The position numbers were made by a program, and so were the translations under genes. This document shows, in pieces, positions 56,971-58,861 of a stretch of 58,861 bases of DNA. The stretch's first letter is position 1; each line of letters starts with the position of its first letter. The notes below the pieces were generated by a model that saw nothing but the letters and a program-made list of their open reading frames with translations, had not been told where the DNA came from and did not search any database. This DNA comes from Myxococcota bacterium. Its GTDB lineage: Bacteria; Myxococcota_A; UBA9160; PR03. The stretch is taken from positions 1 through 58,861 of the forward strand of contig JANQRO010000273.1 of NCBI GenBank assembly GCA_028284525.1. The letters are read 5' to 3'.

Positions 56971-58689
56971 GTGAGACACGTCGTATTCTTCTTTCTCGTC
57001 GTCTTGCTCGCCCCGAGTTGTCCAGCACCGACGGGCGCAGCGGAGATCGTCCACGACGCCGAGTACTACATCCTCGAAGCGCAGAACGGCGAACGCTGGA
57101 CCGCCGAGGATCGCGAGCTGGACGCCAGGCTCGCCGAGCTGAGAGAGAAGACCGGCAGCCCCCCGAACATCGTCTACATCCTCTGGGACGACATGACCTT
57201 CGGGGCCGTCGGGTTTCCGGCCCTCCAGAACAACTTCGGGTTCACGACCCCCGGCATCAACCAGCTGGCCGAGGAGGGCATCAACTTCACGCGGATGTAT
57301 ACCGAGCCTTCCTGCACCCCCACACGGGTTGCCTTTCTGACGGGTCGACACCCGGTCCGGCACGGCATGGGCGTGGTCGGGATGCCGCACGAGATGGCGG
57401 GCCTGCGTGGGGACGAAGTGACGATCGCCGAGGTGCTCTCCGAGGCGGGCTACGCCACGGCGCACTTCGGAAAGGGACATCTCGGGGACATCGAGGAGAG
57501 CTACCCGCACAACCAGGGCTTCGACGAGGCTCTCTTCACCCCCATGAACCAGATCGTCTCGCTCTGGAACCCGATGGGGGATGCCGTCGGTGCCGCGCGC
57601 GGCTTCTCCCCGGAGAACTATCCGCCGGACCGCTACCGCCTCGACGATCCCGGCCTGATCCCGACCGGTCTCGTGATGGCGATCGAGGGTCGGAAGGGCG
57701 AGCCGGGCATGGAATGGGGCACACCGACCCTCGACTCGTACAACAAAATGGACCCCGAGAGCGAGAAGCGGACGCTGGACTTCATCCGCCGCAACGCCGA
57801 GGCGGGAAAGCCCTTCTTCGTCGAATACTGGCCGAACCTCCTGGCCCTGATACAGGCCTACCCCAAGAAGAAGACCCAGGCCGGGAGCATGGTCTCCGAG
57901 GAAATGCAGGTCCTGGATGCATTCATCGCCACGCTCATGAAGGAGCTACGCGAGCTCGGCATCGCGGAGAACACGCTCGTGGTCGCGATGGCCGACAACG
58001 GGCCGATGGTCCACAGCCCGCCGCCGCAGTTCGGAATGCTCAGTCTCATGTACCGAGGGGGCAAGGGCGACTACCTGGAAGGCGGGGTCCGCACCCCGGC
58101 GTTCGCGTGGTGGCCCGGTACGATCGAGCCCGGGCAGGCGGTCGGCGACATCATCCACGTGACCGATCTCTACACGACCTTCGCCCGCTTGGGAGGGGCG
58201 ACGCAGCACATCCCCACGGACCGTGTGATCGACGGGATCGACCAGACGGCGCTGCTCCTCAACGGAGACAGCCACAGCAGACGCGACTACGTCTTCATCT
58301 ACGCCGGACACACACTTGGCGCGACGGTCAAGGGCCGCTACAAGCGGCATTGGATCGCCGGTGGCGAGGTCGCCGCTTCGGGCATGCCCGAGGCCTACTA
58401 CGACCTCTACACGGATACGCGTGAGGAGAACCCCATGCTGGTTCCGCTGATTCACACCCAGGGTCAGTTCAACCGGATGCGTATCCGGCACGAGCTCATG
58501 AAACGCAAGTACCCCGACAAGGACAAGGCCTACGGGGTCCCGTACACCGGCCTGTCGAATGCGAGGCCGGAGACCAAGGCGATCGCCGATCAGGTGCGGC
58601 GCAACCTCGAGAACATGCCCTTCGACTTCAGGGAGTACCTCGAGCTCGAGATCCCGGGGTCCAAGGCAGACCCCGATTTCGGGAGGTAG
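56971..58689 (+). CDS. Arylsulfatase (formylglycine-dependent sulfatase family)
   Basis: A signal peptide is followed by NIVYILWDDM and SCTPTRVAFLTGR, which is the CxPxR formylglycine motif. Confidence 0.85.
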   Translation: MRHVVFFFLVVLLAPSCPAPTGAAEIVHDAEYYILEAQNGERWTAEDRELDARLAELREKTGSPPNIVYILWDDMTFGAVGFPALQNNFGFTTPGINQLAEEGINFTRMYTEPSCTPTRVAFLTGRHPVRHGMGVVGMPHEMAGLRGDEVTIAEVLSEAGYATAHFGKGHLGDIEESYPHNQGFDEALFTPMNQIVSLWNPMGDAVGAARGFSPENYPPDRYRLDDPGLIPTGLVMAIEGRKGEPGMEWGTPTLDSYNKMDPESEKRTLDFIRRNAEAGKPFFVEYWPNLLALIQAYPKKKTQAGSMVSEEMQVLDAFIATLMKELRELGIAENTLVVAMADNGPMVHSPPPQFGMLSLMYRGGKGDYLEGGVRTPAFAWWPGTIEPGQAVGDIIHVTDLYTTFARLGGATQHIPTDRVIDGIDQTALLLNGDSHSRRDYVFIYAGHTLGATVKGRYKRHWIAGGEVAASGMPEAYYDLYTDTREENPMLVPLIHTQGQFNRMRIRHELMKRKYPDKDKAYGVPYTGLSNARPETKAIADQVRRNLENMPFDFREYLELEIPGSKADPDFGR

Positions 58690-58766
58690 TGTGCGCGTCG
58701 TCGTGATGCGATCGCGGGGGCGCGGCCGGCGTGGCCAGCCCTGACTCGAACCCTGGAGGATACGGG

Positions 58767-58861
58767 ATGGCCAACGAAGACAAGCGGGAAGAGAGCGAAA
58801 CACACGCCGACGGGTCGTCCCCCACGGCGGAAACGTCTCGACGGGACCTCCTGAAGGGCAT
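58767..58861 (+). CDS. Tat-signal protein, 3' end cut by the window edge
   Basis: GGAGGA sits 6 nt before the ATG. Translation is MANEDKREESETHADGSSPTAETSRRDLLKG, a twin-arginine motif. Confidence 0.4.
   Translation, partial: MANEDKREESETHADGSSPTAETSRRDLLKG

Overview
High-GC (about 65-70%) Gram-negative chromosome segment, possibly Myxococcota or another deltaproteobacterial lineage; that placement is inferred from gene content only. Positions 1-10.5 kb are a housekeeping block: the tolA 3' end, tolB, cpoB, a DksA-like gene, tsaD, rsmA, panBC, smpB, a metzincin lipoprotein and rfbCB. A tmRNA gene (ssrA, 10792-11156) follows. Its last 27 bp recur perfectly at 35862-35888 and in degraded form at 37973-38008. 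The degraded copy abuts a frameshifted, internally deleted tyrosine-integrase relic. I read this as a tandem array of related integrative islands stacked at ssrA. The proximal island (about 24.7 kb, 11157-35861) has a very coherent cargo. It carries two diadenylate-cyclase (DAC) genes: a CdaZ-like one and a CdaA-YbbR fusion. Around them are ion and osmolyte channels and transporters: two MscS-type channels, two CaCA exchangers, a Na/Pi cotransporter, CorC/CNNM, a DAACS symporter, MgtE and an MgtE_N-CBS protein. It also holds a RimK-TrkA_C / RimB-like protease / AstE-AspA operon, and an XRE-HTH gene coupled to an unknown 114-aa gene that has a truncated paralog elsewhere in the island. Decay is visible in the island: PP2C and ALDH relics, and mgtE frameshifted at a C8 run. 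Distal to the integrase relic are DUF4336, an SDR, katG, DUF2141, TetR plus a Rieske oxygenase, a rhodanese, an MBL hydrolase, a DabBA inorganic-carbon pump with a divergent LysR regulator, and an arylsulfatase. By eye I saw no CRISPR array, no rRNA or tRNA gene and no intact transposase. Many long ORFs in the supplied track are Arg/Pro/Ala-rich alternate-frame artefacts of the high GC content.
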